From the IMG/VR virus record IMGVR_UViG_3300037424_000181, positions 1 to 44,768 of that record: DNA of 44,768 nt. One strand, written 5' to 3'. The stretch comes from a virus. Taxonomy: Duplodnaviria; Caudoviricetes. Both the position numbers and the translations under genes were made by a program. The notes beneath the pieces were generated by a model. That model was not told the origin of the DNA and made no database searches. It saw only the letters and a program-made list of their open reading frames with translations. This document shows positions 7,539 through 16,630 of this stretch, in pieces; positions within the stretch are counted from its first letter, which is position 1, and every line of letters starts with the position of its first letter.

Positions 7539-7959
7539 ACCTCTTCTCCATCTCTTTTTTGTAGTGTTCGATGGCGTTGGCAACGGCATTCCAGGCCATC
7601 AACAGGTCTTGTTTGTTGTCGATGTCCTCCAGCAGAGTGACCACATCCTCCGCGATCTGGCGGCGGCGCGCGGCCATTGGCATTTCCTTGATGGGCTGGC
7701 CCTGGGGTGCCCGCCGGTCTTCAATATTGACCGGGATTGTGATGGGGGTCGATGCCGCATGCGGTGCAATCAAACTGTCAACCGTGACTCCCGGCCCTAA
7801 CGCAACTGCCAGCTTCGCCACGTAGCGCGGGACCATATCGCCCTTTGCCTCCAGATTTTCGATGTTCTGGCGGCTCGTTCTGACGTGTTTAGCCATTTGG
7901 GTTGTATTCCAACCTCGCGCTAATCTGAACTCTTTTACCTTTTCCCCGATATTTTTCAT
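7447..7959 (-). CDS. cI: CI-like repressor (Xre HTH), no S24 peptidase domain
   Basis: IGEKVKEFRLARGWNTTQMAKHVRTSRQNIENLE HTH; divergent from cro across the operators. Confidence 0.85.
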   Translation of the reverse strand: MKNIGEKVKEFRLARGWNTTQMAKHVRTSRQNIENLEAKGDMVPRYVAKLAVALGPGVTVDSLIAPHAASTPITIPVNIEDRRAPQGQPIKEMPMAARRRQIAEDVVTLLEDIDNKQDLLMAWNAVANAIEHYKKEMEKRSRRPRVRSTKTHPESKQPAETPTIHTPSHR

Positions 7960-7960
7960 G

Positions 7961-8022
7961 GCAAATCATTTTGCAGCACTTGCGCGCAATTAAGTTTGCG
8001 CGTAAACTGCAAACTACTTTGC
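7961..8022. promoter_or_regulatory. OR operators: GCAAATCATTTTGC (7961-7974), GCAATTAAGTTTGC (7986-7999), GCAAACTACTTTGC (8009-8022)
   Basis: Three GCAA-N6-TTGC palindromes in the cI-cro gap. Confidence 0.85.
7980..8008 (+). promoter_or_regulatory. PR promoter TTGCGC-N17-TAAACT
   Basis: Hexamers with a 17-nt spacer enclosing the middle operator; same architecture as PL. Confidence 0.7.
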
Positions 8023-8036
8023 AACGAAAGCGGGAA

Positions 8037-8297
8037 ATGAATCAACAAACTGGCATCGAACAGGCGCTTGAGAAGTTCGAAAACAGCCCCACAAAGCTGG
8101 CCAAAGCGGTCGGCGGACCAGTTCTCAGACAACACGTTGAGCACTGGCTGAAAGCGGGAAAAGTGCCTGCAGACAAGGCGCCCGACGTGGAGGCCGCCAC
8201 CGGCATTCCAGTTGAGGCGCTGTGCCCTGATACGAATTGGGGAGTAGTGCGTGGCACACCAATTCCCGACAGCATCACCGAAACCACCCCCGTATAA
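8037..8297 (+). CDS. cro: Cro/YdaS-like repressor
   Basis: SPTKLAKAVG...RQHVEHWLKAGKVP...VEAATGIPVEALCPD. Confidence 0.85.
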   Translation: MNQQTGIEQALEKFENSPTKLAKAVGGPVLRQHVEHWLKAGKVPADKAPDVEAATGIPVEALCPDTNWGVVRGTPIPDSITETTPV

Positions 8298-8300
8298 GCC

Positions 8301-8326
8301 AAGCCCCGCACTCTTCGGGGCTTTTT
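8301..8326 (+). terminator. tR1-like intrinsic terminator
   Basis: AAGCCCCG-N7-CGGGGCTT-TTT right after cro. Confidence 0.7.
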
Positions 8327-8424
8327 GCATTGCGCGATCAACTTTGAAATTTGACATGCCTGAATCATCGTTTTTTTGTCAAAAAACAAAACCCTAGAAA
8401 CCCCTAATCATTACGGAGAGACGC

Positions 8425-8811
8425 ATGAAACTCTTTTATGACGATGAATTCGATGCGATAGCAACCGCCATCGGGGCCAGTGGCAAGCCTTTCAAACTTG
8501 TTGCTGCGCACATCTTTCCTGACATGAAGCCTGAGAGCGCCTATGCCAAGCTGAAAGAGTGCTGCAACCCGACAGGCGACCAACGTCTGAGTTTCGGCCA
8601 GGTGATCCGTGTAATGCAGTTCTGCGAGTATTACGATCCGCTTCAATACGCCTGCGACGAAACGCTGCATGCTCGACCTAATCGAAAGTCAGTTGAGGAT
8701 GAGATGGTCAAGCTGGTTGAGGCGATCAACAACGCATCCTCGACCATGGAGCGGGCCATGCGTGCGCTGGATCACATCAAGGGCCGCGGCGGCATCAAGG
8801 CGGTCGCATGA
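8425..8811 (+). CDS. CII-like regulator
   Basis: Position after cro; KLVAAHIFPDM...KLKECCNP...RLSFGQVIRVM pattern; GGAG RBS. Confidence 0.65.
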   Translation: MKLFYDDEFDAIATAIGASGKPFKLVAAHIFPDMKPESAYAKLKECCNPTGDQRLSFGQVIRVMQFCEYYDPLQYACDETLHARPNRKSVEDEMVKLVEAINNASSTMERAMRALDHIKGRGGIKAVA

Positions 8812-9107
8812 ACAGCGCTTTTGAAACCGACTTGGACGCCTACAAGACGGATGTGGCTGACCGCATCGCACCGGCCGGCTACACCGCATTCAATTGGCAG
8901 CGCCCCGGCGCAGATCCCCTAACTCCCGAGCAGATCAAAGCCAAAGAACACTGCGCCGACATGATGCGCCGCTATTACGCCCGTAAGGCCAAGGAAAAGG
9001 CCCAGCGGGTCAACAAGGAAGATTTCTGCATCAGCCCGACACCGCAGGCTGATCGCGACAAGACGGCGCGACTGGTGGGACGGAATAACGGGGCGAGGTC
9101 GCAATGA
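8808..9107 (+). CDS. Hypothetical phage protein
   Basis: ATGA-coupled on both sides. Confidence 0.65.
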   Translation: MNSAFETDLDAYKTDVADRIAPAGYTAFNWQRPGADPLTPEQIKAKEHCADMMRRYYARKAKEKAQRVNKEDFCISPTPQADRDKTARLVGRNNGARSQ

Positions 9108-10258
9108 AGGACTGGCTCAACCAATGCCACTTCGGTGACTGTCTTGAAGTCATGCGCAGGTTGCCAGATAACTGTGTTGACAGCATCGTGACAGACCCGC
9201 CTTATGGGATTAGCTTCATGGGCAAGAAATGGGACTATGACGTTCCCGCCGTTGAAGTCTGGGCCGAAGCCTTGCGCGTGCTCAAGCCGGGCGGCTACCT
9301 GTTGGTATTCGCCGGTACCAGAACCCAGCACCGTATGGCCTGCCGGATTGAAGATGCAGGATTCGAGATCCGCGACATGATCGCATGGGTCTATGGATCG
9401 GGTTTCCCGAAGTCCCATAACGGTGAGTGGGGAGGTACCGCACTCAAACCAGCATTGGAGCCGATCACCATGGCGCGCAAGCCGTTTTCCGGCACGGTAG
9501 CCGCCAACTGGGAGGAGCATGGCACCGGGGCGCTGAATATTGATGGGTGTCGGATAGCCACCGAAAACAACCTCAATGGTGGTGCGTATTCTTCCGAGCG
9601 AAAGCCTAGCGACAGTGAATGGGTGAAGCACGGCGGCACGATTCACAGCAGCACTGGTCAAGAGTTTGTGCAGCCCGAAGGCCGCTGGCCAGCCAACCTA
9701 ATTCATGACGGCAGTGATGAAGTTGTCGCCATGTTCCCGCAGAGCGCAGGCCAGCAGGGCGATGTTCGCGGAACCGAGGTAAGCCGTACCGGTGGAGAAA
9801 ACACCAACTGCTATGGTAAATTTGGCCGAATCCCCGCTGCAGCACGTAACGACATAGGGTCCGCTTCCCGATTCTTCTACTGCGCCAAGGCCAGCAAAGA
9901 GGACCGGAATGAAGGCTGCTCGGGCTTGTCTGCCAAGACGGGCGGTATGGTCAGCAATACCAGCGGCCAGCATATCACTCGGCGTGATGGCGGCGCACCG
10001 GGGCCACGCGCTAATCACCACCCCACTGTCAAGCCCACCGACTTGATGCGCTACCTGTTGCGTCTGGTCACTCCCCCAAATGGCATTGCGCTGGACATGT
10101 TCATGGGTAGTGGATCGACGTGTTGCGCAGCAGTGCTTGAGGGGTTTCAATTTATTGGAATCGACTTTGAGGCTGAATACGTCGAAATTGCGCGCGCTAG
10201 GACTGACAGCGCTCGCCGGCAAGGATTTCAGTCCTCACTTGACCTGGAGGCAGCATGA
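9104..10258 (+). CDS. Orphan N6A/N4C DNA methyltransferase (beta class)
   Basis: VTDPPYG catalytic motif first; HPTVKP and LDMFMGSGST SAM-binding motif late. Confidence 0.93.
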   Translation: MKDWLNQCHFGDCLEVMRRLPDNCVDSIVTDPPYGISFMGKKWDYDVPAVEVWAEALRVLKPGGYLLVFAGTRTQHRMACRIEDAGFEIRDMIAWVYGSGFPKSHNGEWGGTALKPALEPITMARKPFSGTVAANWEEHGTGALNIDGCRIATENNLNGGAYSSERKPSDSEWVKHGGTIHSSTGQEFVQPEGRWPANLIHDGSDEVVAMFPQSAGQQGDVRGTEVSRTGGENTNCYGKFGRIPAAARNDIGSASRFFYCAKASKEDRNEGCSGLSAKTGGMVSNTSGQHITRRDGGAPGPRANHHPTVKPTDLMRYLLRLVTPPNGIALDMFMGSGSTCCAAVLEGFQFIGIDFEAEYVEIARARTDSARRQGFQSSLDLEAA

Positions 10259-10491
10259 CAACCCTAGCCATCCTCATAGACGAACGCCGCGCCCTGGCTG
10301 CCAAGGTAGCCGGTAAAGACGTGGAAATCGCAATGGCACTGGGTGAGCGGGATAAAGCGTATCAGGCCATGCGGGAAATGCGGGCGCAGATCGAAGCCAG
10401 GAAGGCTGCGCGAGCGGCGGGGTGCTTTTTTGATATGCAGGGCGAGGCTGATCGGGTTGTGTTGCAGGAGGCCGGAAATGGCACGCGCTAG
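10255..10491 (+). CDS. Hypothetical phage protein
   Basis: GGAGG RBS, ATGA coupling. Confidence 0.65.
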   Translation: MTTLAILIDERRALAAKVAGKDVEIAMALGERDKAYQAMREMRAQIEARKAARAAGCFFDMQGEADRVVLQEAGNGTR

Positions 10492-11188
10492 AAATATCAA
10501 ACCAGGATTCTATAAGAACGAAGACTTGGCCGAGTGCTCGATTTGGGCGCGCTTCATCTTCCCCGGACTCTGGATGATGGCAGACCGGGAGGGTCGTCTT
10601 GAGGACCGACCGAAGCGCATCAAGGCGGAGTTGCTCCCGTTTGACACGCAGGATGCCGATCCGCTTTTACGTGAATTGGATTCCCATGGATTCATCATTC
10701 GCTACCAGATTGAAGGCGCTTCATTCATACAGATTACCAAGTTTTTAGACCATCAGGCGCCGCATTATTCCGAGAAACAAAGCATCATCAAGCCGCACAA
10801 ACTCCCGGAAACTGATGTTGATGATGAACCAATAAAACCCAAGAAGATAGTTTCATTAAGAGGGGGTCGCAACCCCCTGAATCCCTCTTCACTGAATCCT
10901 GAATCCCTATTCCCCCAAGCCCCCAAGGGGGTAGACCCGTTCGATGAATTCTGGAAAGCCTACCCAAACAAGACCGGGAAAGACGCCGCTAGAAAGGCGT
11001 TTGATAGGCGCACTCCTGGGAAACAATTGCTGATCGATATGCTTAATTCGCTGGAGATTCAGAAGCAATCTGATCAATGGCACAAGCAGGGCGGTCAGTT
11101 CATTCCTAACCCTGCGACATGGCTGAATCAAGGTCGTTGGCAGGATGGTGAGCCGATGGATTCCCAACGCCAGGAGGCATTCGTATGA
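10478..11188 (+). CDS. Phage replication initiator (O-like)
   Basis: MARARNIKPGFYKNEDL N-terminus; FDEFWKAYPNKTGK and FIPNPATWLNQGRWQD C-terminus. Confidence 0.85.
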   Translation: MARARNIKPGFYKNEDLAECSIWARFIFPGLWMMADREGRLEDRPKRIKAELLPFDTQDADPLLRELDSHGFIIRYQIEGASFIQITKFLDHQAPHYSEKQSIIKPHKLPETDVDDEPIKPKKIVSLRGGRNPLNPSSLNPESLFPQAPKGVDPFDEFWKAYPNKTGKDAARKAFDRRTPGKQLLIDMLNSLEIQKQSDQWHKQGGQFIPNPATWLNQGRWQDGEPMDSQRQEAFV

Positions 11189-11496
11189 CCGGCCATCAAG
11201 AACTTTTTGCCATTCGCCGCGCCGGCCATAAGCCCGAATTCGTGTGGGTGTCTGACTTCGAAAACTGCTACCTTGACGGCTTCACCGTGCGGGTGGCAGG
11301 TGACACCCCGGAGCTTGAAGATTTCCGTTTTCTAGTGGGCGTGACCGCCATCGTTGAAGGTTCTGATGCTGCCCGTGTTGATCGCATTGCCAAAACCTGC
11401 CAAGCCATTGCCCGGCGTGTGATCGCCAGCACATTCAATGGCCGCGACGTGGTGCGCGTCACCGACACAGAAGGGGTAATGTCATGGCCGGTTTGA
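11185..11496 (+). CDS. Hypothetical protein of the replication module
   Basis: GGAGG RBS, ATGA coupling. Confidence 0.7.
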   Translation: MTGHQELFAIRRAGHKPEFVWVSDFENCYLDGFTVRVAGDTPELEDFRFLVGVTAIVEGSDAARVDRIAKTCQAIARRVIASTFNGRDVVRVTDTEGVMSWPV

Positions 11497-12161
11497 TTGC
11501 GGCAGAAACGCTATTCAAAAAATGCACCAAGTGCGGAGAGGTAAAGACGCTTGCCTCATTTGGTGCACACAAGCTATGCCGTGACGGGGTGAACCCAAAG
11601 TGCAAGGCTTGCAATAAAGCCGCCGCTTCGGCTTGGTACGTTGCAAATGCGGAAAAAGCAAAGGCTTCTGGCGCGTCCAGGAGGGCTGCAAATCCAGAGA
11701 AGGAAAAAGCATCAAACGCGAAGTACTACGCTAAAAATTCAGTTGCAGTGAAGGCCTCTGTTGCTGCATGGGCCGCTGCAAATCCTGAGAAGGTAAAGGC
11801 ATATGGCGAAAAGTGGATAAGCAGGAACAAGAACAAAGTCAGGGCAAATACAGCTTCTTGGCGAGCCGCAAATCCGGATAAGAGTCGAGTACATGTTCAA
11901 AATCGCCGCGCCCTTGAGAGGATTAATGGCGGGAAGTTATCGAAGAACATCGTCGCCAAACTTATCAATTTGCAGCGTGGAAAATGCCCATGCTGTGGCC
12001 TTCCTCTGGGTAAAAACTTTCATGTAGACCACATCATTCCAATTGCTCTAGGTGGGTCAAATACTGACAACAACGTTCAATTGTTGCGCCAGCGCTGCAA
12101 CAACCAAAAGCACATGAAACACCCGGTTGATTTCATGCAACAGAGGGGATTTTTGCTATGA
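11484..12161 (+). CDS. Freestanding HNH endonuclease
   Basis: N-terminal KKCTKCGEVK..CKAC; C-terminal CPCC...HVDHIIPIALGGSNTDNNVQLL...CNNQK. Confidence 0.9.
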   Translation: MAGLIAAETLFKKCTKCGEVKTLASFGAHKLCRDGVNPKCKACNKAAASAWYVANAEKAKASGASRRAANPEKEKASNAKYYAKNSVAVKASVAAWAAANPEKVKAYGEKWISRNKNKVRANTASWRAANPDKSRVHVQNRRALERINGGKLSKNIVAKLINLQRGKCPCCGLPLGKNFHVDHIIPIALGGSNTDNNVQLLRQRCNNQKHMKHPVDFMQQRGFLL

Positions 12162-13135
12162 GTCAAATCATCACAGATGATGATGTGAATTTCGATCTTT
12201 ACATGAACGAAACCGAGGCGCGGCAAAACGTGCGCTCGGCATCGGTTTACGTGCAGGCCATCATCGACCGCGCCCGGTCGCCGCGGCGCGAAGTGCAGCA
12301 CTACATGCCGTGGGGTAAGACCCACCGTCTTATTCAGTTCCGGCCTGGCGAGGTGACGGTGTGGGGCGGTGAGAACGGCAGCGGTAAGAGCCTGGTCACC
12401 GGTCAGGTGATGCTATCGCTGTGCGCCCAAGACCAGAAATGCGGCCTCTCCAGCTTTGAGATGAAACCCGTTAAAAGTTTGGAACGCATGGGCCGGCAGT
12501 GGACGAAATTCCGCGCCGACGACCCGCAAGCCATGGCCAGCAGCTACGAATTCGAGAAGCTGATGGGCTTGTACGAGCAGTTCCGTGACTGGACCGACAC
12601 GCGATTGTGGCTGTACGACAAGCAGGGCACCGTGCATTGGAAACAGGTTTGCGCGGTCGCCCGCTACTGTGCGAAAGAGTTGGGCATCACGCAATTTGTG
12701 GTGGACAACCTCATGAAGTGCGTGGCTGGAGAGGATGACTATAACGGGCAAAAGGCGTTCATCGACGAGGTTTGCGCCATCGCCCGCGACCACAACATCC
12801 ACATTCACATCGTGCACCACGTAAAGAAGCCGTCCACCGAGGGTAAGCGCCCGACTCGCTACGACCTCAAGGGAACGGGTGCCATTTCCGACCAGGTAGA
12901 CAACGTGATTCTGGTGTACCGCGACAAGGCCAAGGAAAAAGACATCCAGGCAAAAAAACTGGTTTCAGAGACGCAGCCAGACACCCTGTTGATCGTGGAC
13001 AAGCAGCGCAACGGCGAAGGATGGGAAGGGAATATCGGGCTCTGGTTTGACAAACAAAGCCAGCAGTTCCTGGGCGGCCACAACGTCAAGCCGATGGACT
13101 TCTACACGGCGCCACAAGAGGAATTTGTCGCATGA
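12158..13135 (+). CDS. SF4 (DnaB/T7 gp4-like) replicative helicase
   Basis: Walker A GENGSGKS; VVDNL; HIVHHVKK; GTGAISDQVDNVILVYR; KQRNG. Confidence 0.88.
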   Translation: MSQIITDDDVNFDLYMNETEARQNVRSASVYVQAIIDRARSPRREVQHYMPWGKTHRLIQFRPGEVTVWGGENGSGKSLVTGQVMLSLCAQDQKCGLSSFEMKPVKSLERMGRQWTKFRADDPQAMASSYEFEKLMGLYEQFRDWTDTRLWLYDKQGTVHWKQVCAVARYCAKELGITQFVVDNLMKCVAGEDDYNGQKAFIDEVCAIARDHNIHIHIVHHVKKPSTEGKRPTRYDLKGTGAISDQVDNVILVYRDKAKEKDIQAKKLVSETQPDTLLIVDKQRNGEGWEGNIGLWFDKQSQQFLGGHNVKPMDFYTAPQEEFVA

Positions 13136-13299
13136 CCACCAAACCCACCGACTACCCCTGCACCGGAGAGCCCGCCGTCCCCGATTTTGCCGATGTCGTT
13201 GAAGTGACCGGGCGCGACGGCGGTGTAACCCGGATCGAAGTACGCAAGCAAGCCATTGAAATTATTGATTTTTACCCCCAACCAACCCGGAGAGATTAA
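13132..13299 (+). CDS. Hypothetical 55-aa protein
   Basis: Read by hand; ATGA overlap with the helicase stop; TAA directly before the next ATG. Confidence 0.5.
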   Translation: MTTKPTDYPCTGEPAVPDFADVVEVTGRDGGVTRIEVRKQAIEIIDFYPQPTRRD

Positions 13300-13902
13300 A
13301 TGTCCTTTGAATTCCAGAACCTCACGAAAGCCAAACTCAATTCAGTCAATGTCCGAAGTGAAAGGCACGGCCAAGAGCTGGTGCCAGCCGTCGATCTGAA
13401 GATCACTATTAATACCAGCAACAACATTTTGGACGGTTTCGACGTAGGTCTGAAACCCAGCTTGTATTTCAAAGCGCAAGACGACGAGCAGGAAACACTC
13501 GAAGGCATTGATCCCATCACCAGCCTTCCAAATCTTCGTTTCCCTAAGTTGGTTGGACCGCTCAAATGGGACACTGTTGGATCCGGATATGTGGTGACGA
13601 TTGATTGGGGTATGGGTGGTGATTCCAATATCGTCATGCATAGTTGTGAGATCAATGGCCTTACTTTTTCACCAAAAGAAGGTGGTACGGTTGAGTTGAC
13701 TGTGCGTGTGCAAATCTCTGGAGTAGATGAGGCAATCATCGGTAAGCTGGCAATGCTAATACAGCACGAAATTTACACCACCATGACAGCCCCCACGCCG
13801 GCCGATGTTGACGACCTGATCAAACCGATGGAAAACCCATTCTTCAACACGGACCCGGCGCCGTTGACGCCTGAGGCTGCGTTCATTGGTTCGGTGCACT
13901 GA
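13300..13902 (+). CDS. Conserved phage protein of unknown function
   Basis: 200 aa, GGAG RBS, NVRSERHG...AVDLKI motif. Confidence 0.75.
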   Translation: MSFEFQNLTKAKLNSVNVRSERHGQELVPAVDLKITINTSNNILDGFDVGLKPSLYFKAQDDEQETLEGIDPITSLPNLRFPKLVGPLKWDTVGSGYVVTIDWGMGGDSNIVMHSCEINGLTFSPKEGGTVELTVRVQISGVDEAIIGKLAMLIQHEIYTTMTAPTPADVDDLIKPMENPFFNTDPAPLTPEAAFIGSVH

Positions 13903-13927
13903 TTCACAAAAAAAGTGGGACTACCGA

Positions 13928-14026
13928 ATGAAACTCCTACGCCAAATCCTCTGTATCCCGCTTGGGATCGTGATCAACATTCTGGCCGCTGTCATTGCGC
14001 TGCAAATACTGGGCGGTGAGAGATGA
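13928..14026 (+). CDS. 32-aa hydrophobic microprotein MKLLRQILCIPLGIVINILAAVIALQILGGER
   Basis: Read by hand; ATGA overlap with rusA; one TM helix. Confidence 0.5.
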   Translation: MKLLRQILCIPLGIVINILAAVIALQILGGER

Positions 14027-14502
14027 GTCAAATCACCGTAACCCTTCCTCCACCTGTTTCGGCGAACAGGTACTGGGCAACCCGCGTTATCACGCCCAAA
14101 GGCGGCGGTCGGCCCATGGCCATGACCTATGTCACTCCAGAAGCGAAGGCCTACAAAGAACAGGTCGGCTGGCTACTCAAAGCCCACGGCGTACGCGCCG
14201 CCATGCCAGGACGGGTGCAGGTTGACATTCAGATGTACCCGCATCGCCCGCTGGACTACAAAAAGCGTATGGCCAAAGACCCGATGTACTGGGACGACAC
14301 CGTGCAGCGCCTGGACTTGGACAACGCCCGCAAGGTGGTGAACGATGCGCTCAAAGATCTGGCATTCGCTGATGACAAGTGCATTTTCAAGGACTCGGGC
14401 GAGGTCATGGAGCCCGATGGGCGCGAGGCTTGTCTGATCGTCACCATTCGGCCATATGTGCGGGCGGTGAATCCGCAGGATGAACTTCTGGAACTGGCAT
14501 GA
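14023..14502 (+). CDS. rusA: RusA-family Holliday junction resolvase
   Basis: LPPPVSANRYW; DLDNARKVVNDALKDLAFADDK. Confidence 0.88.
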   Translation: MSQITVTLPPPVSANRYWATRVITPKGGGRPMAMTYVTPEAKAYKEQVGWLLKAHGVRAAMPGRVQVDIQMYPHRPLDYKKRMAKDPMYWDDTVQRLDLDNARKVVNDALKDLAFADDKCIFKDSGEVMEPDGREACLIVTIRPYVRAVNPQDELLELA

Positions 14503-14813
14503 GAATCTATTTGGCCGGTCCCATGAGCTCAATCCCCGATCTCAACTTTCCCCTGTTCAACTCCGAGGCCGCCCGCCTGCGCGCGCTGGGCTACAAGGTC
14601 GTCAACCCTGCTGAAATCAATCCAGACATCAACGCCGATTGGCACGCCTGCATGCGCTCCGACATCGTGGAACTGGTGACCTGTCAAGCCATTGCGATGC
14701 TGCCGGGCTGGGCCCAGTCGCGCGGTGCTCGTCTGGAGCATCACATTGCCGAAGCGCTGGGCATGCTGGTGCTGGACGCGGACGAGCTGGTGGCGGAATT
14801 GGAGATGGCATGA
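14499..14813 (+). CDS. DUF4406 family (nucleoside deoxyribosyltransferase-like)
   Basis: IYLAGPMS..PDLNFPLF...VVNPAE...LPGWAQSRGARLE. Confidence 0.88.
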   Translation: MRIYLAGPMSSIPDLNFPLFNSEAARLRALGYKVVNPAEINPDINADWHACMRSDIVELVTCQAIAMLPGWAQSRGARLEHHIAEALGMLVLDADELVAELEMA

Positions 14814-15646
14814 AACACGATGAACTTCAAGAAGACTTGGCCTGCCACCTGCGCGCCGGTACTGACCGCATGGTGTGGACGAACACCCAGCTCGGGCCGG
14901 TTGGCAGCCCGCGCCCGGACGTGTTCACCGTCAATAAGTCGTTTTCCAAATTTCGCACCGACGCCTACGAAATCAAGGTCAGCGTGTCCGATCTGCGCAG
15001 CGACGTGACGAGCGGAAAGTGGCAGTCTTATCGCAAGTTCTCGAATGTGGTCTGGTTTGCGTTCCCGCGCGGCATGGCCCCGTTGGACCTGATACCAAAA
15101 GAGTGCGGCGTGATCCTGCGCAGCGATACCGGCTGGCGCGCGGCACGCAAACCCGTTGCCCAGGTGCTGGACACCCTTCCGCGTGACGCCTGGCTCAAGC
15201 TGCTGATGGACCTGCACCCGATCAACTCCAGCGGCCATGTGAAGGAGCCGCGCCACGCGAACGACTACACCGGCGCCGAGATCGTGCGCAAGCGGCTGGG
15301 CGACAAGATAGGCCGCCTGTTCTCGGACGTGGCCGATGCTGAAAACCGGCTGCAATATCGCAAGGATTCGCTCGCCACGGACATTGCAGCCATCGACGCT
15401 CAGAAGACTAGCCACCGCAAGAGGATGGATGACGATGCGGCCCGTATGGTGAAGGCGCTTGATGAGAGCATGCACGAGTTGGGCGCCACGCTTGGAATCA
15501 AGCCCGAAGACCTGACGGCCGAAAAGCTGCATTCGGCTATCGTAGCGCTGCACCGCCGCATCCAAGGCAACGGCATCAGTCGTGCGATTGAGCTGCTGCA
15601 GGGCTTGCAGGTTGTCATCAACGAGTCCGTGGCGGAGGCTGCATGA
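14810..15646 (+). CDS. MmcB-like PD-(D/E)XK nuclease-fold protein
   Basis: RPDV...YEIKVSVSDLRSD...KWQSY; ATG at 14810 by ATGA coupling. Confidence 0.75.
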   Translation: MKHDELQEDLACHLRAGTDRMVWTNTQLGPVGSPRPDVFTVNKSFSKFRTDAYEIKVSVSDLRSDVTSGKWQSYRKFSNVVWFAFPRGMAPLDLIPKECGVILRSDTGWRAARKPVAQVLDTLPRDAWLKLLMDLHPINSSGHVKEPRHANDYTGAEIVRKRLGDKIGRLFSDVADAENRLQYRKDSLATDIAAIDAQKTSHRKRMDDDAARMVKALDESMHELGATLGIKPEDLTAEKLHSAIVALHRRIQGNGISRAIELLQGLQVVINESVAEAA

Positions 15647-15831
15647 TGCGCTGCAGCCGCTGCCATAGAAGCCTGAAATCCCCCGCCGTCATCAGTCGCG
15701 GCCTGACCCTTGGCCCGGTTTGCGCGCGCAGGCTAGGAATTTCGCTTGAGCATTCAAAGCGGCCCGGACGGGTGCCAGTGGTGCAGGCGGGGCAGCTGGC
15801 TCTATTTGAAACTGAGCAGGTGGCGGCGTGA
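15643..15831 (+). CDS. Small zinc-finger protein (DUF6011-like)
   Basis: CSRCHRSL...GPVCARRL. Confidence 0.65.
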   Translation: MMRCSRCHRSLKSPAVISRGLTLGPVCARRLGISLEHSKRPGRVPVVQAGQLALFETEQVAA

Positions 15832-16169
15832 TCTTCGAACCCATCGACACCAGCGGGATCAATATTCTTGAGTTTCCAGTAAGGCCACGCCCGAGCGCCG
15901 CCGAGGGTGCAATGCTGCAGCCCGTCTCACACAGCCACTGCAAACACATCTTCACATCCTTTGAGGTTGACATTGACGCCGGGAAATGCCGTTGCAAGAA
16001 GTGCGGCGAAGAGGTGGCCTCGATGTTTGTGCTGGAGCAACTCATGAAGGCCGAGAGCCGGTGGATGCGGACGCTGGCGACGTATCAGGATGAAATGAAG
16101 CGCCTGAGCGAGCGCAGCAAGACCAAATGCCGGAAGTGCGGCGAGATGACGGAGATCAGCCACAAATGA
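15828..16169 (+). CDS. Zinc-ribbon phage protein
   Basis: Two CxxCGE motifs; coupled to its neighbours. Confidence 0.7.
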   Translation: MIFEPIDTSGINILEFPVRPRPSAAEGAMLQPVSHSHCKHIFTSFEVDIDAGKCRCKKCGEEVASMFVLEQLMKAESRWMRTLATYQDEMKRLSERSKTKCRKCGEMTEISHK

Positions 16170-16630
16170 GCGACCTAATGCTCCAGGTCCAGTGGATCAA
16201 CCCCCAGCAGGCCCACGCCAGCCTGAATCAAACCGTGGTGCCGTGGGCCAAGTCCATGATGCTGGCCGGTCACCGCCTGGTGGCTGAATTTAGGCTGGCT
16301 GAAGACGTCAAGACCGATGGCCAGCGCAAGTACTACCACGGCATTGTCCTGGCCGAGATTGCCAAGCAGGCGCGCGTCAACGGTCAGAAATTTTCACTGG
16401 CGGTGTGGAAAGAACATTTCCGCAATGAGTACCTGGGCTTCAAGACGGTGACGTTTGTCAACCCGATGAATGGCAAGAAGTCGCGCCGCCGCGTGCGCAA
16501 GAGCACCGAAGACCTGGGCATCAAGGCCTATGCAAACCTGATCGAGCGTGTCACCGCGTTCGCCTGCACCGACCTGGGCGTCGAATTTCCGGCGCGCATT
16601 GATCCTGAAACCGGGGAAATATTTCAATGA
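16166..16630 (+). CDS. NinB/Orf-like recombination accessory protein
   Basis: KTDGQRKYYHG.VLAEIAKQ...WKEHF...KSTEDL...LIERVTAFA...GVEF. Confidence 0.75.
   Translation: MSDLMLQVQWINPQQAHASLNQTVVPWAKSMMLAGHRLVAEFRLAEDVKTDGQRKYYHGIVLAEIAKQARVNGQKFSLAVWKEHFRNEYLGFKTVTFVNPMNGKKSRRRVRKSTEDLGIKAYANLIERVTAFACTDLGVEFPARIDPETGEIFQ

Noticed and set aside
8386-8408. TAGG-N6-TAGG (minus strand) as a CII-binding PRE site
   Set aside because: Spacing resembles the lambda CII site, but I could not find a convincing -10 at the expected distance
9104-10258. Restriction-modification system
   Set aside because: No adjacent cognate endonuclease; an orphan MTase in a replication module is ordinary for temperate phages
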